Source of the DNA: Octopus sinensis
Lineage: Eukaryota
Assembly (NCBI RefSeq): GCF_006345805.1
Contig: NC_043004.1
Coordinates: 64,666,001 to 64,730,000 of the forward strand
DNA length: 64,000 nt
Reading direction: 5' to 3'
The notes beneath the pieces were generated by a model. That model was given only the letters and a program-made list of their open reading frames with translations, did no database searches and had not been told where the DNA came from. The position numbers and the translations under genes were made by a program. The number at the start of each line of letters is the position of its first letter. The first letter of the stretch is position 1. Positions 41,207-55,560 of the stretch are shown here, piece by piece.

Positions 41207-41504
41207 AGCTTTTAAACAGTTTCTATACATCAAATTTTCTTTCACAAGGTAACAGTCAGCCCTGGGGCTAGAGTAGAAAGCAGTTGCACAGTGGGACTGA
41301 ACCTGAAACCATATGATTTTGAAGGGAACTTCTTAACCACAAAGCCATGCCCATACCAATGTGGAAGAAGATGAAAAATAACAAGATGGTCATATTTGGA
41401 ATGCTTTAGATAATAGATTTGGTCAATCAAGACAGACCATTTCAGTTAAGATGGTTGGTTGTCTCATACAGTTTATCTTAGTTTTCATACAATAGCAGTT
41501 AGGT

Positions 41505-41540
<36 letters not shown>

Positions 41541-41806
41541 TGTGGTGGTGGGGGGGCATGTCATGTCAAAAAAGACTTGTCACATCTGCAACAAGACTTG
41601 TCACATCTAAAAGACATGTCATATGGAATCAGTTATTACCTATATACCAAATAATCTCTTTGTTTAGGATCATAAGTTGAGGAATTTAAACTTTTGAATG
41701 GTTCTTCTTAATCTATAGAAAAGGTTACCAAGTACGTTTCTATCTTCTATAAGTATTCGGAATTCTAAAATTCATGCTTGTGTGCAAATGTCAATATTTG
41801 TGTATG

Positions 41807-41871
<65 letters not shown>

Positions 41872-42215
41872 CAAATACCAAAGCTCATCTGTAGATATAA
41901 ACATACCCATGTAGCATAAGCATACATACATACATATGTGTGTATATATATGTGTGTATATATATAATGTGCATTCAATTATATAATAGCTTTATGTTAT
42001 TAATTTTGTGTGTGTATATATGTATCCATGTGTATCATATGTTTGTAGATCTCTACATATTTGTGCACATATGTGTTTGTATACATAAGTTTATATAGTT
42101 AATGTGTATATACATACACATATATATATAATGTATATATATATACATACTTATGCTTTACTACACTCACACATATGGATTTATTTCACATATATGTATG
42201 TGTATATATATATAT

Positions 42216-42267
<52 letters not shown>

Positions 42268-43104
42268 TTATACATTTGTGCGCGTGTGTATATATATATA
42301 TATATAAATGTATTAATTTGCAATAATATGTATGTATACATATATGAATCTATGTGTGAATATGTTTGTAATATACATGTATTGATCTATATTGTATGTA
42401 TATATTAACTTGTTTATGAAACATATCTACATATATAACGTATGTATATATGTATACACAGACACACATACACACAGAAACAAACACACATGCAGATATA
42501 TATGTGTGTGTTTGTGTGTGTACGCATTGAGAGAGCTCTAAGAAGATACACAGGTACTCAGCATTATTTAATACCTGATTGTAGAGCAACTTCTTCCTGT
42601 GTTCAATAATATATTACTTAGATGTTTGTAGGTTTAATATTTTGATTGGTTCAACTGTCAAAATTGTGATCGCATCAAATATAAACTATTTACACAGGAG
42701 AATGTCTTGTCATTCTTCTGTTTTTGCCTATCATTGGGAAATCTGGAGAAGAAGTAAGGAGAGAGATAGACAGAGAGAGGAAGAGGGTGAGAAAGAAGGG
42801 GTTGTGTTAGATGTGGTGGTGGTTGTGGTGGTGGTGGTGGTGGTGGTGGTGGAGGTTGTTTATTGGGATGTTGATGGGGGGATTCACTTATTTATATCAA
42901 TATATATGTGTGTGTGTGTGTGCATGTGTATATTGAGAGTGTATTTATTAGTCGATATGTATTCCTATGTGTTCGTGTGCATAAATATATGCATACACAA
43001 ACACATATGTATGCAGATTTCAGTGTATGTGCATGTGTGTGTGTACAGAGAGAGAGAGAGAGAGAGAGATAGTGTATCTGTATATGTGTATATATGAATA
43101 TATA

Positions 43105-43151
<47 letters not shown>

Positions 43152-43231
43152 TGTATATATGTGTATATATATATAATATATATATACAATAGAAATATTA
43201 AAATTACTAAGTCTCTCTATATATATGTGCA

Positions 43232-43280
<49 letters not shown>

Positions 43281-43569
43281 TCATAGAGTGGTTGGCGTTA
43301 GGAAGGGCATCCAGCTGTAGAAACACCGCCAGATCTGACCCCAGTTGAACCGTCCAACCCATGCTAGCATTGAAAGCGAACGTTAAATGATGATGATGAT
43401 GATGATGATGATACATACATATATAGTGTGTGTGTATATAGATATGTGCAGATGGATGGATGGATAGACAGGCAGACAGCTAGATTGAAATAGATATATA
43501 TAGTGTGTATGTGTGTGTATATATATATATATGTATATAGTGTATTTGTGTATGGATATATATATATAT

Positions 43570-43613
<44 letters not shown>

Positions 43614-44360
43614 CACTCATATGCATTATTGACTCAGCAGAGCTTTTTATTGCTTGATGATGATGATGATGAAAGAGGTGGGGGGTACTCATGACGTCTG
43701 TAATGATCTTGATGGTAATGATGGTGGTGATGGTATTGGTAAGAAGGGTAGTGATGAAGAGGCGGTGGGGTGAGGATGGTTGGTATGATGTCGACGACGA
43801 TGATGATGATTATAAAGATGGGTGTGATAATTATGATGGTGATAAGGATGGTTGTAAAGATGGTAATGCTGCTGCTGCTGATGATGATGATAGAATGGGT
43901 GTGATGATTATGTAGATAAGAAAGATTGTTGTGCAGCTACTGATGATGATGATGATGATGATGTCACAAGATGGAAAATTCATTTCCATTTTCATGCATT
44001 ACTTTGTTTGCCAATATAGTTTGCATTCTTCAAAAATTGTTGCCAAAATAGCATTCGCAGACTAAATCTTCCTGAAAATTCATTTCAAAAATTTCTCCAA
44101 AAGCAAAATTATGTTTGAGTCTGTATACTTAATTAGTTTTACCTGTAGTATATATTAATGAACAACACACAAACACGCAAGTATAATATATATTTATATT
44201 ATATACATATAAGAGGGATGACCACTAAGTGGACATCTATTATGCTAGAAGTCGACCCCCTATGGTCTTACCACTAAGAAAGGAATGTTCTCAAGAAAAT
44301 TTAGCAAACACCAGAACATACGTGAGCAAGACAAAGGAAAAGATACAAAATATACAGATT

Positions 44361-44433
44361 AATCAGAAACCAGTTTCGTTGTTACCACTTACGTAATCAC
44401 TTACGTAGATGTCCGCAACTCGTCAGTGTGATT
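44361..44433 (-). ncRNA. Type I hammerhead motif (antisense to CELF)
   Basis: The minus strand reads AATCACA-CTGACGA-GTTG...CAAC-GAAA-CTGG-TT-TCTGATT. Stem I pairs at 6 of 7 positions. Confidence 0.72.
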
Positions 44434-44674
44434 GTCACAGCAAAATATAATTTGCAGAACTATACATGAAGCATCTGCATGAGATTGAACCTGTATATAG
44501 TTCTACCAATTACATCTGGGGTTATATTTCAAAAGTCTTCGTTTTGGCACGCCAAAAATACTGAAAATAATTGTGCAGAAAATAATTTTCTGTAGTGAAT
44601 TTTGCCGATTAGAGAACATAGTTATTTAAATTTTCATCCTTATTATATTAAATTTATATATATATATATATAAA

Positions 44675-45029
44675 CAGTGATACCTCACAGTACGAGTTTA
44701 ATTCATTCCATGACCAAGCTTGTCTTGTGATTTACTCGTTTTACAGATCAATTTTCCCAATTGAAATTAACTAAAATATAATTAATCTGTTCCAGCCCCC
44801 CAAAACCCACTCAAAAATAACTTTTATGGGTTTTAAAACAGAAAAGGTGTAGTTACAAGTAAAATGAAATATGTAAACTGGTTTTAACTGAATTACCTTG
44901 AAGCTAGGATGATTTGTGCGCTCAGACTGCAGAATTCCGCTTGTACTTCAAGGCAAAAATTCACACAAGTCTCAGCTCATACAACAAATTACTTGTACAA
45001 TGGTGCACTCGTAATGCAAGGTTCTACTG
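44675..45029. mobile_element. Tc1/pogo (Tigger)-like MITE
   Basis: Imperfect TIRs CAGTGATACCTCACAGTACGAGT and ACTCGTAATGCAAGGTTCTACTG. Confidence 0.6.
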
Positions 45030-46360
45030 TGTGTGTATGTGTAAAATCATCATCATCATTTAGCATCCATTTTCCATGCTGACATGGGTAAGACAATTTG
45101 ACAGGTGCTAGTAAAACAGAGCTGCACCAGGCTCCAGTTGTCTGTTTTGACTTGGTTTCTATGGCTGGATGCCCTTCCTAATGCCAACCACTCTAAAAGT
45201 GTCCTAGGTGTCTCTCATGTGTCACTGACACAGGTGCTTCTCACATATCACCAGCACAGGTGTTTCTCATGTGTCACTGGCATGGGTGCCTCTCACATGT
45301 CACTGGCATGGGTGCCTTTCATGTGTCACCAGCACTGGACAATATATGTATACACACACACAAATGCATACACACATACACACCTCCACACCTCTATCTC
45401 TCTTCTTTTATTTACATGTTTCTTTCTCAAATGTGTGTGTGTGCATGCATGTGTGCATTTGTACTTTACCTTAGTCTTTCAGTTCCTTGACAGAGTAAGA
45501 GTACTGTCATAACAAGGCTTGTCTTGGGCATTTTTCAACCGAGCACATCCCCACCATCTTCATGTCTTATAATCATTTTCTTTGAGAAGGACAGAGATAG
45601 ATAGATAGACAGAAAAAAAAGAGCAATAAAAAGGGATGAATTGACCCCGTTACTTGAATCGTATTTTATTTATCAACCCTGAAAGGATGAAGGGCAAAGC
45701 TGACCCCAACAGGATTTGATCCCAGAGTGCAACAAAACCAGAATGTTTACAGCAAAGCAACCTATCCAACACGTTTAACTCTGCTAAGTGGCTGCCTCAT
45801 GTATATTTATGCATGAAGGCACATGGTTATGATGCTACACTCCTGATCACTGAGTATTGTTGTGTTGAGCACATTACACATTGGTTTCATTCACTCAGCT
45901 GCAAATGGTAACCTCCACAATGGACTGGTGTTTTGATCAGGATCAATGTTGGCCTGCTTGCTTGACATGCCAGTGAAATGTAACAAAAATGGTAAAGGTA
46001 GCTTCTCGAGCTACGCCAATTCATAAGGGCCAGTTTCCCAGTTTCGGGGCCAGCTTCCTGTTTTCATTTTCCCCACCTTGACGGGATACCGGTCTGTCAC
46101 TGGATTACTCATTTTTGCTAGCTGAGCTGACTTGAGCAACATGAAATGAAGTGTTTTGCTCAAGATCACAATGCATTGCCCTGTCCAGGAATTGAAACCA
46201 CAATCTTACAATCAGGAGACCAACACTCTGACCACTAAGCCACATACCTCCACAGTCAGTGAAATGGCATAGTTTGGAACCTAGAATAATACAAAGTGCA
46301 TTGTGATCGGCAATGATTCACTAGTTAATACTGTGATATATATGTATAGATATATATATA

Positions 46361-46397
<37 letters not shown>

Positions 46398-46733
46398 TAT
46401 TTCAGGCAAAGGTGTGGCTGTGTGGTAAGTTTGCTTTCTATCTAACCACATGGTCCTGGGTTCAATCCCACTGCATGACACCTTCACAAGTGTCCTCTAT
46501 ATAGCCTCAAGCAGATCAATGCCTTATGAGTGGATCTAGTAGACAGAAACTGAAAAAAGCCTGTCATGTATGTGTGTGTGTGTGTGTGTATTAATCAAAG
46601 TGTTATATATACAGTATTATATATTCAATATAGCTGATCTTACCTGTTGGTTTCACACCAGTTGTTCAATGGGGTGTTTGTTAACACTCCAATTATGTAC
46701 CCCTGCACTCTTCAGAGATTATATATATATGTA

Positions 46734-46793
<60 letters not shown>

Positions 46794-47515
46794 TGTATGT
46801 ATATATGTATGTATGTATGTATGTATATGGAAGTGTGTATATGTATGAAGTGGTGATAATCAATCTTCCAATTGTGTCCATTGAATATGTTTCATGACTG
46901 ATATTATCTATCAGTTCAGTTCTCCACAGGCAACTCTTGTACTCTTAACACAATCCTCAGAAGGATCTACACACATGGCAATGTCTCATCTCACAAATCA
47001 TGAATTATGGTTACAGTCCATTCAAAGAACTCCCACACAGTTTCCATTTACCTATTTTCACCCATAGGGCAAAAACTCCCCAGGATTTCATGATTGCCAA
47101 GTAAACTTGAAAGAACCGATGGATACAGTTTCCTTTGTTTGAGCAGCAGATCAACTTCAAAGCAATGATGTACCTGTATGTGGTCATTAGTGTGTGTGTG
47201 TGTGTATGTGTGTGTGTGTGTGTGTATGTGTGTGTGTGTGTGTGTGTACAGTTTCTGAATGTATTTGTGTAGCAGTCAATATGGAAGTATATATATGCAT
47301 ACTCACACACATATACATACAGGTGGGGGTCCACACACACACACTAACATAAAAACACTCACAGGAATGCATTCACATACACAAAAGTATTAATTAGGTC
47401 ACAAAATGCTCATCCTAAAATCAGATTCTAATGCACTTCCTGTACTATGTGAAGAAAGGATATGTGTGTGTGTGTGTGTGATTCTATCTATCTACACACA
47501 TATATATATATATAT

Positions 47516-47570
<55 letters not shown>

Positions 47571-47685
47571 GTATATATATGTTTGTGGGAATAGATATAT
47601 GTGTGTGTCTATGTATGCATGCATGCATCTTTATCTGTGTGTGCATGTTTGTGCAGTTATGTACATAAATGTGTGCTGTTATATA

Positions 47686-47719
<34 letters not shown>

Positions 47720-48575
47720 ATATATATACACACACACACATACACATATGAGTATTCTGATAATTATTAAATGTGTATATCTGAAACCCTTCTGAGTTAA
47801 TCTTTTAAACTTTCATCCACTAAAGAAGCTTTAAATAAGTCCATCATAGGACTGAATCAAGCAAGAATTAATAACAGATACTTGAAAACTTTTGTAGGCC
47901 AAAAAATAGAAAAATACAAGAAGAAATTCACACAACATCTTGCAGCCGGCAGATAACATCCACTAAAAATTCATGCAAACTATACGTGGCTGTGTGGTAA
48001 GAAGGTTGCTCTCCAACTACATTGTTTCAGGTTTAATGCACTGCATAGCACTATGGGCTAGTGTACACTACTATAGCCTCGGGCCAACCAAAGCCTTGTG
48101 AGTGGATTTGGTAGACTGAGACTGAAAGAAGCTTGTCGTGTGTGTGTGTGTGTGTATACACATATATACTAGTTTGATAAGTGTCAATGCACAAAATTCT
48201 CAACCTCTGAGTTACTCTAGTACTTCTGCTAAATATTAATAAAAATATACATATACCATTATTTTAAGTTCTATTTTACCTGTTTGCATCACCATACCTA
48301 TATATATATATATCATCATCGTCATTTCATGTCGATGTCCAATGCTGGTGGGGGTTGGACAGTTTGACATGATTTAATAGATCTTGCTCTGTGCCAAAGA
48401 CGGCTAAAAGCAAACACTTTATCTATGTTTTGTTGTGTCTGGGGAGACTCATTCTGTTTTAATACCTTATTAATTAACACACTCACCAGTTCGATTTCCA
48501 CTCATTTTTTTTTTCTTTTCTAAAATTTTCATTATTTCTTGCAACCTTTTCTCTTGATATTGAAATAATCATTTT

Positions 48576-48606
<31 letters not shown>

Positions 48607-49078
48607 AATTGAGATAGGGGTTGTAAATGCAACCCTCTATGAGATAACATATATCCAATATACTGCTAGTGAAGTACCCAACAAAGTTAATACATAAATG
48701 TTAATGATTGCGATGCAATCAATTCATTTACTGTATTATATGGGCAAAGGTAAAATGATTTACCACAAGTTACTAATACAAGATAAGAAAATGGAGAAAT
48801 ACATCTAAATCAAATATCAATTACCAGATAATACTCAATCACATATTTTATTAAACCACCACATAAGAGACTGTAGGGCTAGATATAAAAAGCAGAACAA
48901 ATCTACTCTCTTATGTACACTTTTTTTATGTACATTCCTTTATGTACACTGATTTGTTCTGCTTTTTATATCTAACCCTACAGTCTTTTATGTGGTGGTT
49001 TAATAAAGTATGTGATTGAGTATTATCTGGTAATTGATATTTGATTTAGATGTATTTCTCCATTTTCTTATCTTGTAT
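48607..49078. mobile_element. (TA)n-flanked element with near-perfect 127 bp inverted repeat
   Basis: 48777-48903 pairs with 48951-49077 with about 3 mismatches. The 47 nt loop contains TTATGTACA three times. Confidence 0.7.
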
Positions 49079-49324
49079 ATATATATGTATATATATATAT
49101 AAACTAACTTGGAAATGGTTGCGTGGCATTTAATTAAATGATAATATAAATAATATATATATATATATATATAGGTACAGGATGTCACCAACTGTAAACA
49201 ACATGAAATAAGAAAACAAATGAGTTAAATACACAAAGCAGAGAAAAAAATAGAAGATAGGACAAGTAACACAAAGAACAACCCTTCACCAGTTGTCGGC
49301 TGTCTATCTACTCCTCATTTAAAG

Positions 49325-49325
49325 T

Positions 49326-49367
<42 letters not shown>

Positions 49368-49368
49368 G

Positions 49369-49445
<77 letters not shown>
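49325..49445. repeat. (GATA)n microsatellite, representative of very many (TA)n, (TG)n, (GA)n, (AAT)n, (TATG)n and (GATA)n tracts
   Basis: Seen directly. Other (GATA)n tracts are at 7530-7597 and 8851-8931. Confidence 0.95.
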
Positions 49446-49446
<1 letters not shown>

Positions 49447-49490
49447 GCAGACAGACAAACTCAACAATGCATCCCGTAAACAAACTTGAG

Positions 49491-49532
<42 letters not shown>

Positions 49533-50280
49533 ATGTATAATATATTGTATAGGGTTTATTGAAATAATGAATATATACTCTACATTTTAAAACATCGAGT
49601 AATTTATAAATTAGTGGTCTTCTTGATTATCTGATTAAGATCTTCATATATTCACACACACACACATTCAGAAATGAACATACGCATACATATAAAAGGC
49701 CAGTATTGATACAGGTAGCCACTATCAAAAACACACACACATACGCTTATTATTTACACCTGTGGATATGTTTGTATGTATGTATGCATGAATGAAAACA
49801 TGGTTGGGTGGATAGTTCAAAGTAGGTAATGGCTTAGAATAAAGCCAGAGGTAATCTACCAATAGCTATAGTTACTGCAATAAGGTATATTAATCGCATT
49901 AATCTCCTATATAATAATTATAATTAAGCTAATCCTCCAACACTTTAATGAGATTCTTCTGTGTTTATTTACATTCTTTTCTTTTTACCTTCTCATCGTT
50001 TATTTCAAAATAAATTTGACAGCTTAACAAATTTTTGGTTTTGTTTTTTCCGTTTATCTTCTTTTCTGTTAGTTTGGATTAAATTGTACCAAATATGAGA
50101 ATATAGAAGTGGTAATAATAGTGATGGAGATGGTTTTGGTAGTGATGAGGATGATGCTTGCAACAGCAATTACCTTGTTATTAAGATGGCAAACTGGCAG
50201 AATTGTTAGTATAGGGGATACAATGCTTTACGACATTTCTTCCAGTTCTTCATTCTGAGTTCAAATACTCATATGAAACC

Positions 50281-50745
50281 CAGGGGTTCTGTATAAGATT
50301 TTAGGGGATCCACACAACAAAATGATAAATTGAAGGTCCACAATAGAATTTTAAGGGTCCCTGAAAAAATTTTACTTTAGATGTATGTATTTAGCTGTAT
50401 GCAAGAAACAGCTAAGTTTTCTTACTCTAACATGTTACATGTTGCCCCTCAGGGACCATTTTAGATTTTTGGGGGTTCCTGCAACAAAATAGTAAATTGA
50501 GGATCCATAATAGTATTTTAAGGGACCCTGAAAAAATTTTGCTTTAGATGTATGTATAGGTATGTATTGCAAGAAACAGCTGGGTTTCTTTCTTTTACAT
50601 AGTTCAACCCACACAAGTGAAAAGCAAAATAGGAATTTTGAAAGAAGTCTCTAAAAAATTGGTTTCTAAATATTAAATGAGGGTCCACCATAATAAAATA
50701 GAAATCAGAGGTGTCCATAGATAAAAACATGGTTGAAAAACCCTG
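50281..50745. mobile_element. Possible hAT-type MITE with internal duplication
   Basis: The ends read CAGGGGTTCT and GTTGAAAAACCCTG. Internal direct repeat at about 50300-50425 vs 50470-50595. Confidence 0.45.
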
Positions 50746-51929
50746 ATATAGACTATTGCTCAAAATCATGGTACTGCACAGCACTTTTATGTGACTCCAC
50801 ACGGATGCTTTTACATGGCACCATATGGAGACTTTTACATGGCACCAAGTGCTTTTCACCACCAGAGGGCCTGGTCTTAACACTTCTGCTGCTGAGTATG
50901 TGTTTTCTTGATTATGGCAAGGTGCCAGGCATCTCCATCCTTTGTTATCTTACCTGAAAGGTTCAGCATCCTAAGGTCATTCTTCAGTACTTTATCCCAT
51001 GTCTTCTTGGGTCTCTCACTATCATCATCTTTGTCATCATCATCATCATTTTACATCCTCTTTCTATGCTGGCATAGGCTGGACAGGTATATAATCTGTA
51101 TTATAAGCCATTGGCTCATACAGCCGGTTTCCCGGATTCTCTGGTATATATATTCATCCTCTGGATGGGACACTGGTCCATTGCAGGACTCCTCATTTTT
51201 AACACAACCAATTACCTGATCCAGGAATTGAAACCACAATCTAACACTCATGAGTGCAATACCCTGACCACTAAGTCACAAGCTTCCACAGACTCACACA
51301 CACACACTTGTGTCTGTGCACATATATGTTTTAAATCAACAATGGGGAAACTATTTAGTGCAGTGGGCAAACATTTCCAAAGAAAGAAGTCTGTGGGCGG
51401 GTCACAAGTTGTAACACTTATATCTGTGTAAATCTTGTATATATCTATGCATAATTCAATACACATTAATACAGATAAGTTTAACACATTAAATTAACGC
51501 ATAACATCTTCATTAACGCCACCACTGAATTTAGGATATTTCTATTACTTATGTGATATTTTTAGTTTTCTCAGCTAAAGCATAGCTGGGTCTCAAGGGG
51601 GTGGTACAAACATAGAAATATGTGTTTTATAATGAAAACAAAATTTCCATTCAAATGGCAATTACCAGAAGATTCCTATTCAAGCCTGACTGTTTTAAGT
51701 CATAGTGGAAACACGACTTTTGTTGCAAATAGAGATACGAATATTCTTTTATTCTTTTACTCACTTCAGTCATTTGACTGTAGCTAGGACTTATTCTTTG
51801 TAAGCCTAGTACCTATTCTACCAGTCTCTTTTGCTGAATTGCTAAGTGACAGGGATATAAACACACCAACATCGGTTGTCAAGCAATGGTGGGGGGACAA
51901 ACACAAATAACAAACACATATACACATAT

Positions 51930-51987
<58 letters not shown>

Positions 51988-52630
51988 CGATGGGCTTCTT
52001 TCAGTTTCCATCTACCAAATCCACCAAATCTACCAAATCCACTCACAAGGCTTTGGTTGGCCCAAGGATATATTAGAAGACACTTGCCCAAGGTGCCATG
52101 CAGTGGGACTGAATCTGGAACCATGTAGTTGGGAAGTTGTACAAATTTTATAACTGAAAAATTTACTATATTTCGTACATACAAGTATATCAGCCTGTGG
52201 ATGCAATAAAAAAGTTCTAAATAATAATTTCAATGGTTTCTAACATCCCCACCACATCTTCAGGATGCAAATAGTCAATTAACTCAACCCTAGTAGTTGA
52301 TTAGTATTCATGTTTTACAGCATTATAAGAGTAAAAACCAAAGTGAAACTAGCATCATTTGAACTCAGAATCTAAAAGGGATGTAACTCAATATCAACGC
52401 CAACAATAAATAATCTTAACTACAATAAATAATGGTTTCCAAATATGGTGCAATGTCACAAAATTGAGATTTAGGGTGTAACCAGTTTAACGAATGACAC
52501 TGCATGAGAGGTAATTATTTAGTTGACCTTGGAAGGAGGAAAATTTAATGCTTACCCATGTTGGATTAGAACTCTTGACATGAAAGTACTTAGCTAATTA
52601 CCACTACACACTTTGTCATTCCATTACCAA

Positions 52631-52680
<50 letters not shown>

Positions 52681-53301
52681 TGATAATAATAATAATATTT
52701 TTTGAACCAGTTGAAGACACACAAGATGTCGAAATATCGTTCACTAGATAACAATGGCACTCTTCTTTTAATTTTGACTCTGTATCTTCAGGAGGAGTTA
52801 CCTCAATACTTTCTATATTAATAATAATAATAATAATCCTCTCTACTATAGACACAAGGTCTGAAATTTGGTGAGAAGGGGACTAGTTGATTATATCGAC
52901 CTCAATGTTTCACTGGTACTAAATTTATTGACTCCGAAAGGTTGAAAGGCAAAGTCAACCTCAGCAGAATTTGAACTTGGAATGTAAAAGTGAACAAAAT
53001 GCTGCTAAGCATTTTTCCCAGCATACTAACAATTCTGCCAGCTTACCACCTTAATAATAATAGTAATAATAATAATAATAATAATAATCCTTTCTACTAA
53101 AGGCACAGGGCTTGAAATTTGGAGATAGGGGACTAGTCAATTATATCGACCCCAGTGTTTCACTGGTACTTAATTTATTGGGCCCAAAATGGATGAAAGA
53201 CAAAGTCAACCTCAGCAGAATTTGAACTCAGAACATAGTGGCAGACAAAATACTGCTAAGCATTTTGCCCGGCATGCTAACGATTCTGCCAGCTCACCAC
53301 C

Positions 53302-53347
<46 letters not shown>

Positions 53348-53777
53348 TGATGATGATGATGATAATAATGATTTCAAATTTATGCACAAAACCAGTAATT
53401 GACCCACTCCCAAGCAGATCTCAAATGGTACTTATTTTATTGACCCTGGAAGGAAGAAAGGTAAAGTCAGCCTGGGTGGAATTTGAACTCAGAACATAAA
53501 GATGCCAGCTTAGCAACTAGCAATTCTGCCAGCTTACTGGCATAATAAAACTAATATTTTCTACTAAAGACACAAGGCTTGAAATTTTTTGGGAGGGGAC
53601 TAGTCAATTACATCAACCCCAGTATTTCACTGGTACTTAATTTACTGACCTCTAAAGGATGAAAGACAATGTCAACCTTGGCAGATTTTGAACTCAGAAC
53701 ATAGCAACAGGCAAAAATGCCACTGAGTATTTTATCCAGCATACTAACAATTCCTCCATCTCACCACCTTAATAATG

Positions 53778-53833
<56 letters not shown>

Positions 53834-54253
53834 CCTTTCTAGTGGAAGCACAAGGCCTCAAATTTGGGGGAAAGGATTAAGTCAGTTACATCGACTCCAG
53901 TGCATAACTGGAACTTATTTAATCGACCCCAAAAGGATGAAAAGCAAAGTCAACCCCGGTGGCATTTGATCTCAGAATGTGAAGACAGACGAAATACCGC
54001 TAAGCATTTCACCCGGCATGCTAACGATTCTGCCAGCTCGCCGCCTTAATAATAATAATAATAATCCATTATTTACATTATTTACATTTGACGGATATTT
54101 GTCCTCATCCGGTTTGTCACTATATACCCGTAGTGGTTATGAGAGCAGGCTACTAACCCCAAGATTCTGAGTTCAATTCCAAGCAGTGACCTGAACAACA
54201 ATAATAATAATAATAACATTGAAAAATACCTTAGGAATGAGAACCCAGGTTCA

Positions 54254-54974
54254 GCGATTTGCATTGGACAAAACACATCGCTAAAATTGCCAAGAAGGCT
54301 GAGGGTGTCTTGGCATCACTCACCAAGTCCTTTGTGAGCCGCTCTCCGGTTATCTATCTGCAGCTTTATATAGCTATGGTAAGACCTCACCTGGAATTTG
54401 CATCACCAGTGTGGAACCCCTATTTTGCCCAGGATATTAATCGTCTGGAAGCCGTTCAGTGACATGCAACCAAGAGAATACCCTCCATCAGGCATTTGCC
54501 ATATTCTGAACGCCCTACTTCTCTGGGCATGGACACATTGCAACTCTGACATCTAGCAGCTGACTTGGCAGACACCCATAAAATTATTAACCATCGTACA
54601 AACAATAACTCTGAGCACCTTTTCAAACTCCACCTGTCTAACACTAGTGGACATGTTTACAAAGTCACAAAACAGCACAGCTCCCATGACTTTTGGAAAC
54701 ATTTTTTCATGCTAAGAGTTGCTGAAGCATGGAACAGACTGCCAGCATCAGTTGTTAGTTGTCGGAGCACTGCATCCTTCAAAACATCCATGCTTCCTGA
54801 GATTCGCCAACACTACACCTGATTTTCTCCCCTCCATACACACACAAACATGTATCTGACTCATACACTGTTTGCTTTCCAGACATTTGTACATTACTGC
54901 ATATACTTTATACACACTTTTTGACAAGTTGTGGTGCACCTGAGCACTGTATACTATAATTTCATTATTATTAT
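54254..54974 (+). mobile_element. 5'-truncated CR1-clade LINE (ORF2 C-terminus and 3' UTR), with stops
   Basis: HWTKHIAKIAKKA...LYIAMVRPHLEFASPVWNPY...DINRLEAVQ*HATKRIP...GHVYKV...FFMLRVAEAWNRLPASVV...FK, ending in an (ATT)n tail. Confidence 0.9.
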
Positions 54975-54987
54975 AAAATTTCCCCAA

Positions 54988-55033
54988 GACACCTGATGAA
55001 GGCTGGAGGGTATATCAGCCGAAATGTTGTGGT
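54988..55033 (+). ncRNA. Minimal hammerhead motif in the tail of a tRNA-headed SINE-like element
   Basis: GACAC-CTGATGA-A-GGCTG(GAGGGTATAT)CAGCC-GAAA-TG-TT-GTGGT. A paralogue lies at 35191-35233. Confidence 0.68.
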
Positions 55034-55560
55034 AACAACAAACAAGATGAGGACAAATATCCGTCGAATGTAAATAATGTACATAATTCTTCATCTCTTA
55101 AATATAGAACTGAATGATAATAATGATAATAATAATGGTCCTTTCTATAATAGGCACAAGGCCTGAAATTTAATGGGGAAGGTACTAGTCGATTACATCA
55201 ACTCCAGTATGCAACTGGTACTTAATTTATCAATCCCTGAAAGGATGAATGGCAAAGTCAACCTCAGTGGAATTTGAACTCAGAATGTACATACAGACCA
55301 AATGCTTAGCAACATTTTGGCCAGCATGCTAATGACTCAGCCAGCTTCTACTTCTAATAATGGTTATTTCTCATATAGGCACAAGGCCTGAAATTTTAGG
55401 GGTGGGGCAGTCAATAACATCAATCCCAGTGTTCAACTGGTACTTATTTTATCAAGGCAAAGTTAAACTCAGTAAGATTTGAACTCGGAACATAAAATGC
55501 TGGAAGAAATACTGGCTAGAATTTTGTCTGACAACCTAACGATTCTGCCAGCTTACCACC

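Larger units (their letters stand above)
54066..55112 (+). mobile_element. Second copy of the tRNA-head/HHR element, preceded by an inverted copy of its 3' end and interrupted by a CR1 LINE
   Basis: 54066-54115 is the reverse complement of 55040-55088. The head reads TAGTGGTTA...GAGTTCAATTCC. The body is split at GGTTCA|AAAATTTCCCC by the insert at 54254-54974. Confidence 0.75.

Noticed and set aside
44590-44612. VVNFAD-like reading resembling the next CELF exon (VVKFAD)
   Set aside because: It is followed immediately by a stop, lacks the GASSSL prefix and lies inside a repeat element.
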